A stretch of 32,000 nucleotides of DNA. It comes from Geodermatophilaceae bacterium URHA0031. Its GTDB lineage: Bacteria; Actinomycetota; Actinomycetes; Mycobacteriales; Geodermatophilaceae. The DNA lies in contig JHVP01000011.1 of the NCBI GenBank assembly GCA_000620205.1, positions 128,569 to 160,568 of the forward strand, read 5' to 3'. Positions 31,427-32,000 of the stretch are shown one piece after another (the stretch's first letter is position 1; every line of letters starts with the position of its first letter). The position numbers and the translations under genes are program-made. The notes under the pieces are model-generated. The model was given only the letters and a program-made list of their open reading frames with translations, had not been told where the DNA came from and did no database searches.

Positions 31427-32000
31427 ATGGCCGACCGCACCTGGGGGTTCCGCACCCGTGCCCTGCACGCCGGCGGAGCGCCCGACCCCACCACCGGCGC
31501 GCGCGCCGTGCCGATCTACCAGACGACGTCGTTCGTGTTCGACTCCGCCGACGACGCGGCCAACCTCTTCGCGCTGCAGAAGTACGGCAACGTCTACAGC
31601 CGGATCGCCAACCCCACCGTCGCGGCCCTCGAGGAGCGGATCGCCTCGCTGGAGGGCGGGCTCGGCGCGGTGGCGACCTCGTCCGGCCAGGCCGCCGAGT
31701 TCCTCACCTTCGCCGCCCTCGCCGGCGCCGGTGACCACATCGTCGCCGGCGCCTCCCTCTACGGCGGCACGATCACGCAGCTCGACGTCACGCTGCGCCG
31801 GTTCGGGGTGGAGACGACGTTCGTGCGCGGCAACGACCCGGCCGACTACGCCGCCGCGATCACCGACCGCACCAAGCTGGTCTTCGCCGAGGTGGTGGCC
31901 AACCCGGGCAGCGACGTCGCCGACATCGCCGGGCTGGCCGAGGTCGCGCACGCCGCCGGTGTGCCGCTGGTGGTCGACTCGACCACCGCCACCCCGTGGC
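31427..32000 (+). CDS. metY: O-acetylhomoserine (thiol)-lyase / sulfhydrylase, PLP-dependent (N-terminal part; continues past window end)
   Basis: My translation from the ATG at 31427 (GAGAGGA upstream) gives MADRTWGFRTRALHAGGAPDPTTGARAVPIYQTTSFVFDSADDAANLFALQKYGNVYSRIANPTVAALEERIASLEGG..., a classic MetY/Cys-Met-metabolism PLP enzyme N-terminus. Confidence 0.88.
   Translation, partial: MADRTWGFRTRALHAGGAPDPTTGARAVPIYQTTSFVFDSADDAANLFALQKYGNVYSRIANPTVAALEERIASLEGGLGAVATSSGQAAEFLTFAALAGAGDHIVAGASLYGGTITQLDVTLRRFGVETTFVRGNDPADYAAAITDRTKLVFAEVVANPGSDVADIAGLAEVAHAAGVPLVVDSTTATPW

Noticed and set aside
1-32000. CRISPR arrays, rRNA genes, prophage structural genes and large tandem arrays.
   Set aside because: I saw no regularly spaced repeats, no rRNA-like conserved stretches and no phage-like gene sets anywhere in the window.

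Overview
This is a high-GC actinobacterial chromosome segment (class E sortase, mycothiol/DinB-type enzymes, pervasive GTGA/ATGA gene overlaps). I call about 30 protein genes, one tRNA and several hairpins and repeats. Most of the window is ordinary core metabolism and regulation:
- acyl-CoA oxidase with a TetR regulator
- sortase E plus a micro-ORF
- a Suv3-like helicase
- a BNR/Asp-box lipoprotein
- an NmrA/TetR pair
- a membrane GGDEF protein
- a geranylgeranyl-reductase-like flavoprotein plus a LOG protein
- a MarR-controlled SDR/amidohydrolase/CoA-ligase/MaoC operon that resembles the hydroxycinnamate (cou) beta-oxidative pathway
- a PaaX-controlled Liv-type ABC transporter with an aryl/acyl-CoA ligase and a mycothiol-isomerase-like protein
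- NIPSNAP, VOC and metY genes

The one clearly accessory region is a ~3.4 kb low-GC islet inserted at the 3' end of tRNA-Ser(UGA), at 5455..8895.
- It is bounded by an exact 29-nt direct repeat of the tRNA 3' end.
- It carries no intact integrase, only a frameshifted IS30-like transposase stub.
- Its only intact cargo is an orphan two-gene cassette: a 116-aa acidic, possibly membrane-anchored protein and a ~500-aa Trp-rich protein with an HExxH motif.

This cassette is my best candidate for an undescribed system (defence or toxin-immunity type), but its function cannot be derived from sequence alone. The many long ORFs in the supplied track are off-frame shadows of real genes, typical of high-GC DNA, and were rejected.
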